NCBI GenBank assembly: GCA_013374855.1
Contig: CP055308.1
Location: 661,310-725,309 of the forward strand
Direction: 5' to 3'
DNA from: Candidatus Woesebacteria bacterium
GTDB taxonomy: Bacteria > Patescibacteriota > Microgenomatia > UBA8517
Length of the DNA: 64,000 nt
This document shows, piece by piece, positions 31,934-40,652 of the stretch. The number at the start of each line of letters is the position of its first letter. Position 1 is the first letter of the stretch. The translations under genes and the position numbers were made by a program. The notes beneath the pieces were generated by a model that was not told the DNA's origin, did not search any database, and saw nothing but the letters and a program-made list of their open reading frames with translations.

Positions 31934-31965
31934 ATGATAATTTTTGCAAAAAACCAGTAGTAGGG

Positions 31966-32039
31966 TGACCGCTGAGGGACTCGAACCCCCGGCCTTCTGA
32001 ATGTAAGTCAGACGCTCTAGCCAACTGAGCTAAGCGGTC
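31966..32039 (-). tRNA. tRNA-Val (anticodon TAC)
   Basis: Reverse complement: acceptor GACCGCT, anticodon loop CTTACAT, T-loop GGGGGTTCGAGTCCC. Confidence 0.85.
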
Positions 32040-32044
32040 TTTTG

Positions 32045-32126
32045 TGCGCGGGACAGGATTTGAACCTGCACGCCCGAGGGCACAGCCTCCTCAAGACTGC
32101 GTGTCTACCAATTTCACCACCCGCGC
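32045..32126 (-). tRNA. tRNA-Leu (anticodon GAG)
   Basis: Reverse complement: acceptor GCGCGGG, anticodon loop TTGAGGA, long variable arm, T-loop GCAGGTTCAAATCCTG. Confidence 0.85.
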
Positions 32127-32132
32127 ATCAAG

Positions 32133-32216
32133 TGCAGGTGAGAGGATTTGAACCTCCAAGAGCAAAAGCTCATACGGCTCTGAACCGTACGCGTCTGCCA
32201 GTTCCGCCACACCTGC
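32133..32216 (-). tRNA. tRNA-Leu (anticodon CAG)
   Basis: Reverse complement: acceptor GCAGGTG, anticodon loop TTCAGAG, long variable arm, T-loop GGAGGTTCAAATCCTC. Confidence 0.85.
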
Positions 32217-32257
32217 TTATTTCTCTTATTCTACCAGAAATGAAAGACAATTTGAAC

Positions 32258-33280
32258 TCAAACTGGCAGGCGCTCTTTCCCTTGGTAATCACGAACGGTG
32301 TTTAATAAAAGCCTCTTTAGAATTTCAAGAAAAGAAATCCCATAAAGGTCTAAAATTGAAGAGAGAGCAACATCTGCCTCTTTTGGCCCAAACGCCGGAT
32401 TGCAATTTGCATCTATAAAAAAATATCGTCCAGATTGATCCATTCTTATATCAAACTTGCCATAATCGTACATAGAAACAACATCAAAAGCCTTTTTTAC
32501 ATATTCTTTTAAGAGGTTGTCTTCAAACTTTCTATATTTAAACACTTCTCTTTTGCTAATCCACTGATCCTCAAAAGTTGCAAAGATATACTTGCCCTTT
32601 TTTTTGAAAACTTTCTCAGCAAGATATACCTTTTTATTTAAACCCTCAAGAAGAATAGCTGTAATTTCCCTGCCGACTATAAATTCTTCTACCAGCACTG
32701 GTTGCTTATAAGTTCTAATCAAATACTTGATTCGATCATTCAGATGCTTGCTATTCTCAGAAACCGCATTCTTGGTTATTTCAACAGCTCCATGAACTTC
32801 ATTTAGTTTCGAGATAAGAGGAAAACGAAGGGTGGGGTCAAGATAATAACTGGGTGAATCTATCAGCTGATAATGAGGAACAGGAACACCTGCCTGTTGA
32901 AGCAATTTTTTTACTAAAAACTTATTAGTATCAAGAGATTTTCCAAGCACAGAAGCGCCAGTATAGGGGAGGTCGAGAAGCTCAAGCGCAGCAGGAATCG
33001 AGGAGGATAAGCTTTCTGATCCTTTCACAGAATCAACCAAATTTAGTACTACATCAGGTCTTTTCTTTCTTAATTTTTCGAAAACCAAAGAATTACCCGG
33101 ATAAACTAGAACCTTCAAACCCAACTTCTTTAAGTACTCTGCAACAAGCAAGGCATCTTTTTTTGCATCTTTTTCTGTTAGATAATGCTCTCTTGTTGGA
33201 AAATATTCTCTTTTGACATCGCTGTAAAGAATAACAGCACTTTTGGGCAACTCATAGCCATTATTTAACTTATTTGTCAT
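32258..33280 (-). CDS. D-Ala-D-Ala ligase-family ATP-grasp enzyme (second ddl-like paralog, specificity unknown)
   Basis: Ddl-like N-terminal domain (RPDVVLNLVDSVKG...LLDLPYTGASVLGKSLDTNKFLVKKLLQQAGVPVP) and ATP-grasp C-terminus (FFIDANCNP). Confidence 0.55.
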   Translation of the reverse strand: MTNKLNNGYELPKSAVILYSDVKREYFPTREHYLTEKDAKKDALLVAEYLKKLGLKVLVYPGNSLVFEKLRKKRPDVVLNLVDSVKGSESLSSSIPAALELLDLPYTGASVLGKSLDTNKFLVKKLLQQAGVPVPHYQLIDSPSYYLDPTLRFPLISKLNEVHGAVEITKNAVSENSKHLNDRIKYLIRTYKQPVLVEEFIVGREITAILLEGLNKKVYLAEKVFKKKGKYIFATFEDQWISKREVFKYRKFEDNLLKEYVKKAFDVVSMYDYGKFDIRMDQSGRYFFIDANCNPAFGPKEADVALSSILDLYGISFLEILKRLLLNTVRDYQGKERLPV

Positions 33281-33361
33281 TGAACATATATTGAATTATT
33301 TTTAAAATTTGTCAAGAAAAATTTGGCAAGAAATAGAATTAATTGATATAATTATTTCAAA

Positions 33362-33434
33362 GTCCCTGTAGCTCAATGGATAGAGCAGTCCCCTTCTAAG
33401 GGAAAGGTTGAGAGTTCGACTCTCTCCAGGGACA
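33362..33434 (+). tRNA. tRNA-Arg (anticodon TCT)
   Basis: Acceptor GTCCCTG/CAGGGAC, anticodon loop CTTCTAA, T-loop GAGAGTTCGACTCTCTC. Confidence 0.85.
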
Positions 33435-33442
33435 CTAGACAG

Positions 33443-33515
33443 GGGCCTGTAGCTCAATTGGCAGAGCAATTCCCTCTTAAGGAAGCGGTTGGAGGTTCGA
33501 GTCCTCCCAGGCTCA
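33443..33515 (+). tRNA. tRNA-Lys (anticodon CTT)
   Basis: Acceptor GGGCCTG/CAGGCTC, anticodon loop CTCTTAA, T-loop GGAGGTTCGAGTCCTCC, CCA encoded (to 33518). Confidence 0.85.
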
Positions 33516-33637
33516 CCACCTTTTGCAAAACTTATTTAACAACCATCACAAAAAGTCTAGCCTATCAAAACCACACAATAAAAGTTGACATTAGAAATTC
33601 AATATGGCATTCTAATGAAGAAAAAGCAAACTTTTAT

Positions 33638-34270
33638 ATGTTAAGTTTCTCAAAAGATAATTTAGATTTTGGCTTTTGGAGCAAAGCTTTCTTAGTATTT
33701 ATTTTTATTACCCTTACTCCTTTCGTAATAGCAACCTCAATTCTAGCTCTTTATTCGCTCGAAGAAAAAGAATTATCACCTACAATACCCTTTCCTACAG
33801 ATAGACCGGAAAATCTAAAACTTCTAGTTTCTGATTCGTCTTCTTTTCCAGAAACAGAAACAAAACTGGAGTTCCAAGATGCAAGAGTGGAACTGGTTAA
33901 AAGATATTTAAATCACTACAAATCACCGCTTCTTCCTTTTGCTGAAATGATAGTAAAAGAATCAGACAAAAACAATATTGATTGGAGACTTTTGGTTGCC
34001 ATTGCTCAACAGGAATCAAATCTCTGCAAGGTGATACCAGAGAACAGCTTTAACTGCTGGGGGTGGGGAATCCACAGTAAAGGAACTCTTAAATTTCAAT
34101 CGTATGAAGAAGCAATTAGAACAATCGCCCGTGGATTAAAGAAAAATTATGTAGATAAAGGATACAAAACACCAGAGGAAATAATGAGAAAGTATACCCC
34201 TCTTTCCAATGGAAGCTGGGCACAGGGAGTTATCCAATTTATGGAAGAGATAGCCCTGCCTCTCGAATAA
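33638..34270 (+). CDS. membrane-anchored peptidoglycan hydrolase, GH73 glucosaminidase (FlgJ-C-like) family
   Basis: Start moved to the internal MLSFSK... because the ORF-track start lies inside tRNA-Lys. One TM helix, then IDWRLLVAIAQQESNLCK...NCWGWG and a C-terminal Y/W-rich region matching the glucosaminidase pattern. Confidence 0.5.
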   Translation: MLSFSKDNLDFGFWSKAFLVFIFITLTPFVIATSILALYSLEEKELSPTIPFPTDRPENLKLLVSDSSSFPETETKLEFQDARVELVKRYLNHYKSPLLPFAEMIVKESDKNNIDWRLLVAIAQQESNLCKVIPENSFNCWGWGIHSKGTLKFQSYEEAIRTIARGLKKNYVDKGYKTPEEIMRKYTPLSNGSWAQGVIQFMEEIALPLE

Positions 34271-34280
34271 CTTCAAAACT

Positions 34281-35048
34281 ATGCCAGCGCATTATGACAA
34301 TTATGATTATCCGTCCTACTGGAAAGAGAGGAAATACGAACATTTAAGTGAAATCTTGGCTTTGAGAAGCTTTCTAAAAGAAATACCCAAAATTCAATCT
34401 CTTATTGATATTGGAGCAGGATATGGAAGAATAACTGAAGAATACATATACAGAGCAAGAAAAATAATACTTACTGATCCTTCAGCAAGGCTTCTCAAAA
34501 TAGCAAGAGAGAAATTTGGCAAAAAAAAGAATATAAAGTTTATACAAATAGGTGTTGAAAACCTGGAAAAGAAAGTAAGAAAAAATTTCTTTGATTTAGT
34601 ACTTCTAATAAGAGTCTTACACCATATCGAAAATCCAGACAAAGCCTTCAGAATAATCAATCACATAACAAAAAGAGGTGGCTACCTAATAATGGAATAT
34701 GCAAACAAAAGTCATTTCAAAGCTGTAATTAAGGAATTTATTAGGGGGAACTTTACTTTCCCCATTGATATATCTCCAAAAGATATTAGGTGTCCTAAAA
34801 ACATAAAAAAGAAAAGCATCCCCTTTATAAACTATCATCCTGATAAAATAGAAGAAACTCTGAAAAACAACGGCTTTAAAATAATTAAAAAAAGATCTGT
34901 ATCTAACTTTCGAGACCCTCTTCTCAAAAAAATATTTCCACTTGAGTTCTTAATCGACATCGAGGAAAAGATTCAACCCTTTTTGCAAAAAATTAATTTT
35001 GGACCTTCTATTTTTATCCTTGCTAAAAAGATAGAAGATGTTGATTAA
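34281..35048 (+). CDS. class I SAM-dependent methyltransferase
   Basis: Motif I LIDIGAGYGRIT and motif post-I ILTDPS. Confidence 0.7.
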   Translation: MPAHYDNYDYPSYWKERKYEHLSEILALRSFLKEIPKIQSLIDIGAGYGRITEEYIYRARKIILTDPSARLLKIAREKFGKKKNIKFIQIGVENLEKKVRKNFFDLVLLIRVLHHIENPDKAFRIINHITKRGGYLIMEYANKSHFKAVIKEFIRGNFTFPIDISPKDIRCPKNIKKKSIPFINYHPDKIEETLKNNGFKIIKKRSVSNFRDPLLKKIFPLEFLIDIEEKIQPFLQKINFGPSIFILAKKIEDVD

Positions 35049-35070
35049 TATAGGAATTAAAACCAAAAAC

Positions 35071-35099
35071 TTGACAACCCTGTAGTAATATGCTATAGT
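35071..35099 (+). promoter_or_regulatory. near-consensus sigma70-type promoter (TTGACA-17 nt-TGcTATAGT with extended -10)
   Basis: TTGACA at 35071..35076, 17 nt spacer, TATAGT at 35094..35099 preceded by TG. Confidence 0.55.
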
Positions 35100-35105
35100 A
35101 TGACC

Positions 35106-35216
35106 TAGGTTCTGAGGCTAACCCAGTTTACTGGGAACTTGGCGTCAGAATTTTCCCCGGAGCTTCCAAATGGGAGCTCCCTAAAAAAGACTCTTGGAAA
35201 CAAGAGTCTTTTTTTA
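35106..35216 (+). ncRNA. candidate ~110 nt structured leader/small RNA ending in an intrinsic terminator (possible riboswitch-type attenuator for the downstream GH73 gene)
   Basis: Nested helices CTGAGGC..GCGTCAG enclosing hairpin CCCAG-TTTA-CTGGG, then hairpin GGAGCT-N10-AGCTCC, then terminator AGACTCTTG-GAAA-CAAGAGTCT plus T7. No ORF. Promoter 35071..35099 immediately upstream. Confidence 0.45.
35188..35216 (+). terminator. rho-independent terminator (9 bp stem, GAAA loop, 7 T)
   Basis: AGACTCTTGgaaaCAAGAGTCTTTTTTT. Confidence 0.7.
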
Positions 35217-35226
35217 GTTTAAAAGC

Positions 35227-35709
35227 ATGAGAAAAATACTAACTATTACACTAACATTGCTTATAATAGCCCTGATTAAAGCGGGAGAGGTTGCTTTGGC
35301 AAAAGAAGAGAAAATTATACAAAAGAAATTAATACTTATAAGCTACCTTAGAAACAAAAAATCTCCCCTTGAAGAATATACAGAAAAACTAATCTTATCA
35401 GCAGAAAACAACAATATAGACTGGAGATTGATACCAGCTATTACAGGAGTTGAATCAAGTTTTGGAAAAAGAATCCCTTATAATTCATACAATGCCTACG
35501 GATGGGCAAATGGAGAATATAAATTTGATTCATGGGAAGAATCTATAGAAATCGTATCTCAAACACTAAACAAAAAATATGTCCAAAAAGGGGCGACAAA
35601 TATAGATAAAATAGCAAGAATCTATGCTCCACCATCTACAACTTGGGCAGATAAGGTAAAATTTTTTATAAATCAAATAGATCCTATTGGTCTTCCCTAC
35701 GAACTTTAG
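35227..35709 (+). CDS. secreted peptidoglycan hydrolase, GH73 glucosaminidase family (paralog of 33638..34270)
   Basis: Signal peptide, then NNIDWRLIPAITGVESSFGK...NAYGWANG...YAPPSTTWADKV, sharing the same motif spacing as the upstream paralog. Confidence 0.5.
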   Translation: MRKILTITLTLLIIALIKAGEVALAKEEKIIQKKLILISYLRNKKSPLEEYTEKLILSAENNNIDWRLIPAITGVESSFGKRIPYNSYNAYGWANGEYKFDSWEESIEIVSQTLNKKYVQKGATNIDKIARIYAPPSTTWADKVKFFINQIDPIGLPYEL

Positions 35710-35746
35710 TTTAACTTGCCATTATTTTCTGCTAAAATCAAATTAC

Positions 35747-35829
35747 GCCGAAGTGGCGGAACTGGCAGACGCGCACGGTTTAGGACCGTGTTCCCAAAAG
35801 GATTGTGGGTTCGACTCCCACCTTCGGCA
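35747..35829 (+). tRNA. tRNA-Leu (anticodon TAG)
   Basis: Acceptor GCCGAAG/CTTCGGC, anticodon loop TTTAGGA, long variable arm, T-loop GTGGGTTCGACTCCCAC. Confidence 0.85.
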
Positions 35830-35860
35830 CACATCTCATCTCAACTCTTTCTATTAAAAA

Positions 35861-35995
35861 ATGGAAAACAAGAAAATAGAAATTAAACACAAAATTCAAA
35901 TAACAAAAAGGGAAGAAGTAATTTACGCCTTTATACCCATAGTAGTGTTTTTTGTTTCCTTTTTCTTATCCTTCTTTATAATAAAAAACAAATGA
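35861..35995 (+). CDS. hypothetical 44 aa membrane peptide
   Basis: ORF MENKKIEIKHKIQITKREEVIYAFIPIVVFFVSFFLSFFIIKNK. Its stop overlaps the next gene's start (ATGA). Confidence 0.2.
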   Translation: MENKKIEIKHKIQITKREEVIYAFIPIVVFFVSFFLSFFIIKNK

Positions 35996-36504
35996 CAAAA
36001 CATATTCTTTTTCCAATAATTCTAACCGCTGTTGTTATCACTATACTTGGACTTGTTTCCCAGAAATATCAAAATTTAAATAAACAAAATCAAAATAAAA
36101 CCAAATTAAATTTAAATAAACCAAAAACGACCAAAATAGTTCTGAAGGATAAAGAAATTGAAGTAGAAATTGCAAAAACCGAAGAGGAAAGAACAAAAGG
36201 CCTCTCTCATAGAGAATCAATAGGGAATTATCAAGGAATGCTTTTTATATTTCCTCAAAAAGATGTTTTACCTACTTTTTGGATGAAAGATATGAAATTT
36301 CCACTCGACATAATTTGGATTAATGATGGAAAGATAGTGAAAATAGATGAAAATGTAGATTACCCAAAGGAAAACTCTCAAAAAAATTTAACACTCTATA
36401 AACCACCAACACCTGTTGACTTCGTCCTTGAAGTAAAAGCGGGTTTTTCAAGAGAGAACAACTGGCAGGCAGGAGATGTTGCGAAAATACCTGAGGGAAT
36501 CTAG
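35992..36504 (+). CDS. DUF192 (COG1430) domain protein, membrane-anchored
   Basis: GLSHRE...GMLFIF...WMKDMKFPLDIIWIN pattern of DUF192. Confidence 0.6.
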   Translation: MTKHILFPIILTAVVITILGLVSQKYQNLNKQNQNKTKLNLNKPKTTKIVLKDKEIEVEIAKTEEERTKGLSHRESIGNYQGMLFIFPQKDVLPTFWMKDMKFPLDIIWINDGKIVKIDENVDYPKENSQKNLTLYKPPTPVDFVLEVKAGFSRENNWQAGDVAKIPEGI

Positions 36505-36518
36505 ATCCAAAAAGCACT

Positions 36519-37667
36519 ATGCCAAGAGTAATAAAAGGAGAGAAAATACCTATAAAACTTTGGCTTGATAAAATTGATCCATTAACACTTGAGCAAGCTA
36601 AAAATCTAGCAAACCTTCCTTACGCTTATAAGTGGATAGCCTTAATGCCTGATGCCCACCCCGGTTACGGTATGCCAATAGGTGGGATTCTTGCCACAAC
36701 GGATGTAATAGTTCCCAATGCTGTGGGAGTAGACATAGGATGTGGTATGAGAGCAGTAAAAACAGATGTTAAAGAATTAAGTAAAGAATCACTTATTAAA
36801 ATACTAAGAGAAATAAGAAAAACAATCCCCACAGGTTTTGCACACCATAAAACAAAACAAAATTGGATTGGATTTTCAAAAGCTCCAGAAGTTGAGATCA
36901 TACAAAAAGAGCTAGACAAAGCACATTACCAAATAGGAACACTTGGAGGCGGTAATCACTTTATAGAAATATTAAAAGATGAAAACTCGTACATTTGGCT
37001 TATGGTACATTCAGGAAGCAGAAACTTTGGCTTAAAAACTGCTGAATTTTTCTACAATAAAGCTTTAAAATTTTGTCAGGAAAAAGATATAAAACTACCA
37101 ACCATAGAACTTTCCTTTCTGCCCATCGACAGCAAGATTGGAAAAGAGTATTTTGAGTCTATGAATTATTGCCTTGAATTTGCACAAGCCAACAGGAAGT
37201 TAATGATGCAAAGGCTAAAAGAAATTGTAAATGAAGAAACAGGATGTGGTTTTATCGAAGAAATCGATGTGCATCATAACTACGCAAGTCTAGAGAACCA
37301 CTTTGGCAAAGATGTTTTCGTGCATCGTAAAGGAGCAATAAATGCTGAAAAAGGAAAAATAGGAATTATTCCCGGCTCTATGGGTACACCAAGCTACATA
37401 ACAGAAGGGAAGGGTAATCCCGAAAGCTTTAACTCTTCATCTCACGGAGCAGGAAGAAAGCTTGGCCGTCGAGAAGCTACAGAAAAACTTAATCTGAAAA
37501 AAGAGCAAAAGAAAATGAAAGACATCATTGGAAAACCTAGGCAAAAAAAGGAGCTAGAAGAAGCACCAGGTGCTTACAAAGATATAGAAAAGGTAATGGA
37601 AAAACAAAAAGACTTGATTACTCCCAAAGTTAAACTAAAACCCCTTGCTGTTGTAATAGGTATATAA
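36519..37667 (+). CDS. rtcB: RtcB-family RNA ligase (short form)
   Basis: DAHPGYGMPIGG, GCGMR, GGGNHF and HSGSR motifs in RtcB order. Confidence 0.75.
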   Translation: MPRVIKGEKIPIKLWLDKIDPLTLEQAKNLANLPYAYKWIALMPDAHPGYGMPIGGILATTDVIVPNAVGVDIGCGMRAVKTDVKELSKESLIKILREIRKTIPTGFAHHKTKQNWIGFSKAPEVEIIQKELDKAHYQIGTLGGGNHFIEILKDENSYIWLMVHSGSRNFGLKTAEFFYNKALKFCQEKDIKLPTIELSFLPIDSKIGKEYFESMNYCLEFAQANRKLMMQRLKEIVNEETGCGFIEEIDVHHNYASLENHFGKDVFVHRKGAINAEKGKIGIIPGSMGTPSYITEGKGNPESFNSSSHGAGRKLGRREATEKLNLKKEQKKMKDIIGKPRQKKELEEAPGAYKDIEKVMEKQKDLITPKVKLKPLAVVIGI

Positions 37668-38192
37668 CTATAACTTAAAAATTTCTAATACTCTGTAAGA
37701 AGCTCCATTTTTTGATAACTTTGATTCAAAAATGACAATTTCCTTTAACTTTTCCTTAAAGAAAACTGGCTCTTCAAAATGCAAAAGAGATCTACCTTTT
37801 CCAAACCTAGCAAGAGTTATGTGGGGAATAAGATTTCTCCTTTCTTTTTTCAGATTCAATTTCTCAATTAAAGTATTTCTAAAATTTTCCAATTGAACAA
37901 TTATTTTGCCCTCTAACCACAAAATACGAGGATTCTTCTTATCAGGAGCAGACTTTATACTAACAAAATCGACCTCAAAATTATAAAAAATTTGTTCATC
38001 TAAAAAATTAGACAATAATAATACTATTCTTTTTATTTCATCTTCATACCAAGGAGGAATTAATGTCATATGAAGATTATTTGGGCTAACAAATCTAACA
38101 AAATCGGGAAATTTTTTCTGTTTTTGCCAGTTAGTTATATAACTTACCAGATTTTCTGATAATTTAAAACCAATAAAAATCCGTTTCTTCAT
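37668..38192 (-). CDS. thpR: RNA 2',3'-cyclic phosphodiesterase (2H family, LigT/ThpR)
   Basis: Two H-x-T-x motifs (LHMTLIPP and PHITLARF). Confidence 0.7.
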   Translation of the reverse strand: MKKRIFIGFKLSENLVSYITNWQKQKKFPDFVRFVSPNNLHMTLIPPWYEDEIKRIVLLLSNFLDEQIFYNFEVDFVSIKSAPDKKNPRILWLEGKIIVQLENFRNTLIEKLNLKKERRNLIPHITLARFGKGRSLLHFEEPVFFKEKLKEIVIFESKLSKNGASYRVLEIFKL

Positions 38193-38234
38193 AATTATTG
38201 CCTTTATTCCAATTATAAAATAAACTAAGATTAA

Positions 38235-39629
38235 ATGGAGTTGGCAAAACTAAAAATCAAAAATCTACCCAGCCCAATCCCCTTCAAAAAACTACTTGGG
38301 CCAAGTTTTATTCTTCTTGGGTTAGGGCTTGGAAGTGGAGAGATAATACTTTGGCCATATCTTTCCTCAAAATATGGAATGGGAATTATTTGGGGAGCAA
38401 TAATAGGTATTACTTTTCAATTCTTCATTAATATGGAAATAGAAAGATACACCTTGGCAAGAGGGGAGAGTGTGTTTGTGGGAATAGCAAGAAAGATTGG
38501 GAAACTTTCACCCTTATGGTTTCTTTTATCTACCCTTATCCCGTGGATGTGGCCGGGAATTATAGCAACCTCTGCAAAAATATTAAGTTTTCTTTTCAAC
38601 AAAAGCTACAATCCAGTAATTCCATCAATAATGCTTATTACAATAGGATTAATACTAACTCTAGGCCCCGTTGTATATAAAACTCAGGAAACATTACTCA
38701 AAATTTTAATTCTTATAGGAATTCCACTAATAATTATTATTACCATTTCGCTTGCAAAACCAGAAAAATTAACAGATCTTCTTTTGGGAATTTTAGGTAA
38801 AGGAGATAACTTTTGGTTAATTCCCAAAGGAATTTCAATTGCTACATTTCTTGGAGCATTAGCCTATGCAGGAGCCGGAGGAAACTTAAATTTGGCTCAA
38901 AGTTTCTATGTTAAAGAAAAGGGTTATGGTATGGGAAAATTTTCAGGCAGAATCACAAGCGTTCTTACAGGCAAAAAAGAAGATATTAAGATAACTGGTT
39001 TTAAATTCCCGCTAAACAAAACGAATCTCAAAAAATTTAACATTTGGTGGAAAAACATAAATCTAGAACACGCAATTGTCTTCTGGGCAACAGGGGCTTT
39101 TACAATGGTGATTTTAAGCTTCTTATCATTTTCAACACTTTACAATAGTGGCACAGACCTACAAGGAGTAGATTTTATAATCAAGGAAAGCCAAATGATA
39201 GGAAAAAAAATACTCCCTTTTGCAGGAACAATTTTCTTAAGCCTTTGTGCCATTATGCTTTACTTCACACAATTTTCGGTCCTTGACGCAACATCAAGAA
39301 TAGCAAGCGAAAATCTATTGATTCTTTCAAAAAAACAGGCATCAATACTGCCTAAATTCTATTATTCTTTCCTGTGGCTCCAAATAACAATTGGTGTCTT
39401 AATTATAAATTTTGTTTTTAACGAGCCATTTTTATTACTTATCATCAGTGCTGTACTTAACGCCTTTACTATGTTCGTATATAGTGCACTGCTCCTATGG
39501 CTAAACAACACTTCGCTTGAAAAACCAATAAGACCAAGTTTTCTGAGAAAATTAGCAGTATTCTCAGCTTTCACCTTTTATGGAATATTCAGTTTTATTA
39601 CAATATTCCAATTTGTCTTCAGAAAATAG
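38235..39629 (+). CDS. Nramp-like multi-pass membrane transporter
   Basis: N-terminal LGPSFILLGLGLGSGEI...YGMGIIWG...MEIERYTLARGES follows the Nramp LGPGF..DPGN..LLW..Q.LSARLG pattern with substitutions in the DPGN metal motif. About 11 TM helices. Confidence 0.5.
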   Translation: MELAKLKIKNLPSPIPFKKLLGPSFILLGLGLGSGEIILWPYLSSKYGMGIIWGAIIGITFQFFINMEIERYTLARGESVFVGIARKIGKLSPLWFLLSTLIPWMWPGIIATSAKILSFLFNKSYNPVIPSIMLITIGLILTLGPVVYKTQETLLKILILIGIPLIIIITISLAKPEKLTDLLLGILGKGDNFWLIPKGISIATFLGALAYAGAGGNLNLAQSFYVKEKGYGMGKFSGRITSVLTGKKEDIKITGFKFPLNKTNLKKFNIWWKNINLEHAIVFWATGAFTMVILSFLSFSTLYNSGTDLQGVDFIIKESQMIGKKILPFAGTIFLSLCAIMLYFTQFSVLDATSRIASENLLILSKKQASILPKFYYSFLWLQITIGVLIINFVFNEPFLLLIISAVLNAFTMFVYSALLLWLNNTSLEKPIRPSFLRKLAVFSAFTFYGIFSFITIFQFVFRK

Positions 39630-39630
39630 A

Positions 39631-40629
39631 ATGAAAAAACTAATATTACTCATTATTTTTACAACTTTAGCAATAGCAACAATTATGCACTTCTATAAAC
39701 CCAAAAGGGATTCCAATTCTTTCAAAGAAACTAAGGAAAACAAAGATACCTACATGTACAGATATGCCATCGAGGAAATGCAAAACTACAAAATCAAAGA
39801 GGGAAAAATAGAAATTAAAGAGACAATAGAAGAAAAAGATAGTTTTACAAGTTTTTATTTTGAATTCTTTTTCAATCCAAATTTAGATGGAAGGACTATC
39901 AAGAAAACAAGCGGTATGATAAACATTCCCAAAGATGAAGGAAGATTTCCAATAGTCATAATGATAAGAGGATATGTTGACCCAAAAGATTACAAAACAG
40001 GAACAGGTTCAAAAAACTTAAGCTACTTTCTAGCAGAAAGAGGTTTTATAACCATATCACCAGACTTTTTAGGTTACGCACAATCTGACAAAGAAGCAGA
40101 AAACATATTTGAGACAAGATTTCAAACATACACAACAATAATTTCTCTGATTGAATCTGCCTTCCAAATTGAAAAATGGGATAGAAAAAATCTTTTTATT
40201 TGGGGTCACTCAAACGGAGGACAGATTGCGCTATTCGTACTTGAATCTACCAAAAAAGACATACCAACGGTTCTCTGGGCACCAGTTTCTGCTCCTTTTC
40301 CTTATTCAATTCTATATTACACAATTGACTCTGAGGATAAAGGAAAATTTATCAGAAAAGAACTAGCTAAGTTTGAAGAAAATTACGATACTGATAAATT
40401 CTCAATAACCAACTATTTTGACAGAATAAACACAAAAATAGAAATACATCAGGGAGGAAAAGATGATTCAGTACCTTCAAGATGGTCAGAAAAATTATAT
40501 AAAACACTCATTGCCCTTAAAAAAGACGTAAAGTACTATTTTTATCCAGAATCAGACCACAATTTAAGGCCCAATTGGAATGAAGTAGCACTTAAAACTT
40601 TTGAATTTTATAAAAATTTGACAAAATAA
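39631..40629 (+). CDS. secreted alpha/beta hydrolase (S9 peptidase/esterase-like)
   Basis: Signal peptide from internal MKKLILLIIF. Nucleophile elbow GHSNGG, with catalytic Asp and His positioned downstream. Confidence 0.6.
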   Translation: MKKLILLIIFTTLAIATIMHFYKPKRDSNSFKETKENKDTYMYRYAIEEMQNYKIKEGKIEIKETIEEKDSFTSFYFEFFFNPNLDGRTIKKTSGMINIPKDEGRFPIVIMIRGYVDPKDYKTGTGSKNLSYFLAERGFITISPDFLGYAQSDKEAENIFETRFQTYTTIISLIESAFQIEKWDRKNLFIWGHSNGGQIALFVLESTKKDIPTVLWAPVSAPFPYSILYYTIDSEDKGKFIRKELAKFEENYDTDKFSITNYFDRINTKIEIHQGGKDDSVPSRWSEKLYKTLIALKKDVKYYFYPESDHNLRPNWNEVALKTFEFYKNLTK

Positions 40630-40652
40630 AAAGAGAGTTTAATAATTAAAAT

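Noticed and set aside
32042-32305. ORF-track CDS (87 aa, + strand)
   Set aside because: Covers tRNA-Leu(GAG) and tRNA-Leu(CAG) on the opposite strand. No coding signal.
33458-33637. 5' extension of the ORF-track CDS 33458..34270
   Set aside because: Begins inside tRNA-Lys (MAEQFPLKEAVGGSSPPRL is the tRNA read as protein). True start placed at the internal ATG at 33638.
35100-35190. Possibility that the structured RNA at 35106..35216 is SRP RNA, a tRNA-like element or tmRNA
   Set aside because: No SRP domain IV motif (AGGUCAGG...GGAAG...AGCAGC), no tRNA T-loop (GTTCRANYC), and far too short for tmRNA or RNase P. Retained as an unclassified leader/riboswitch candidate.
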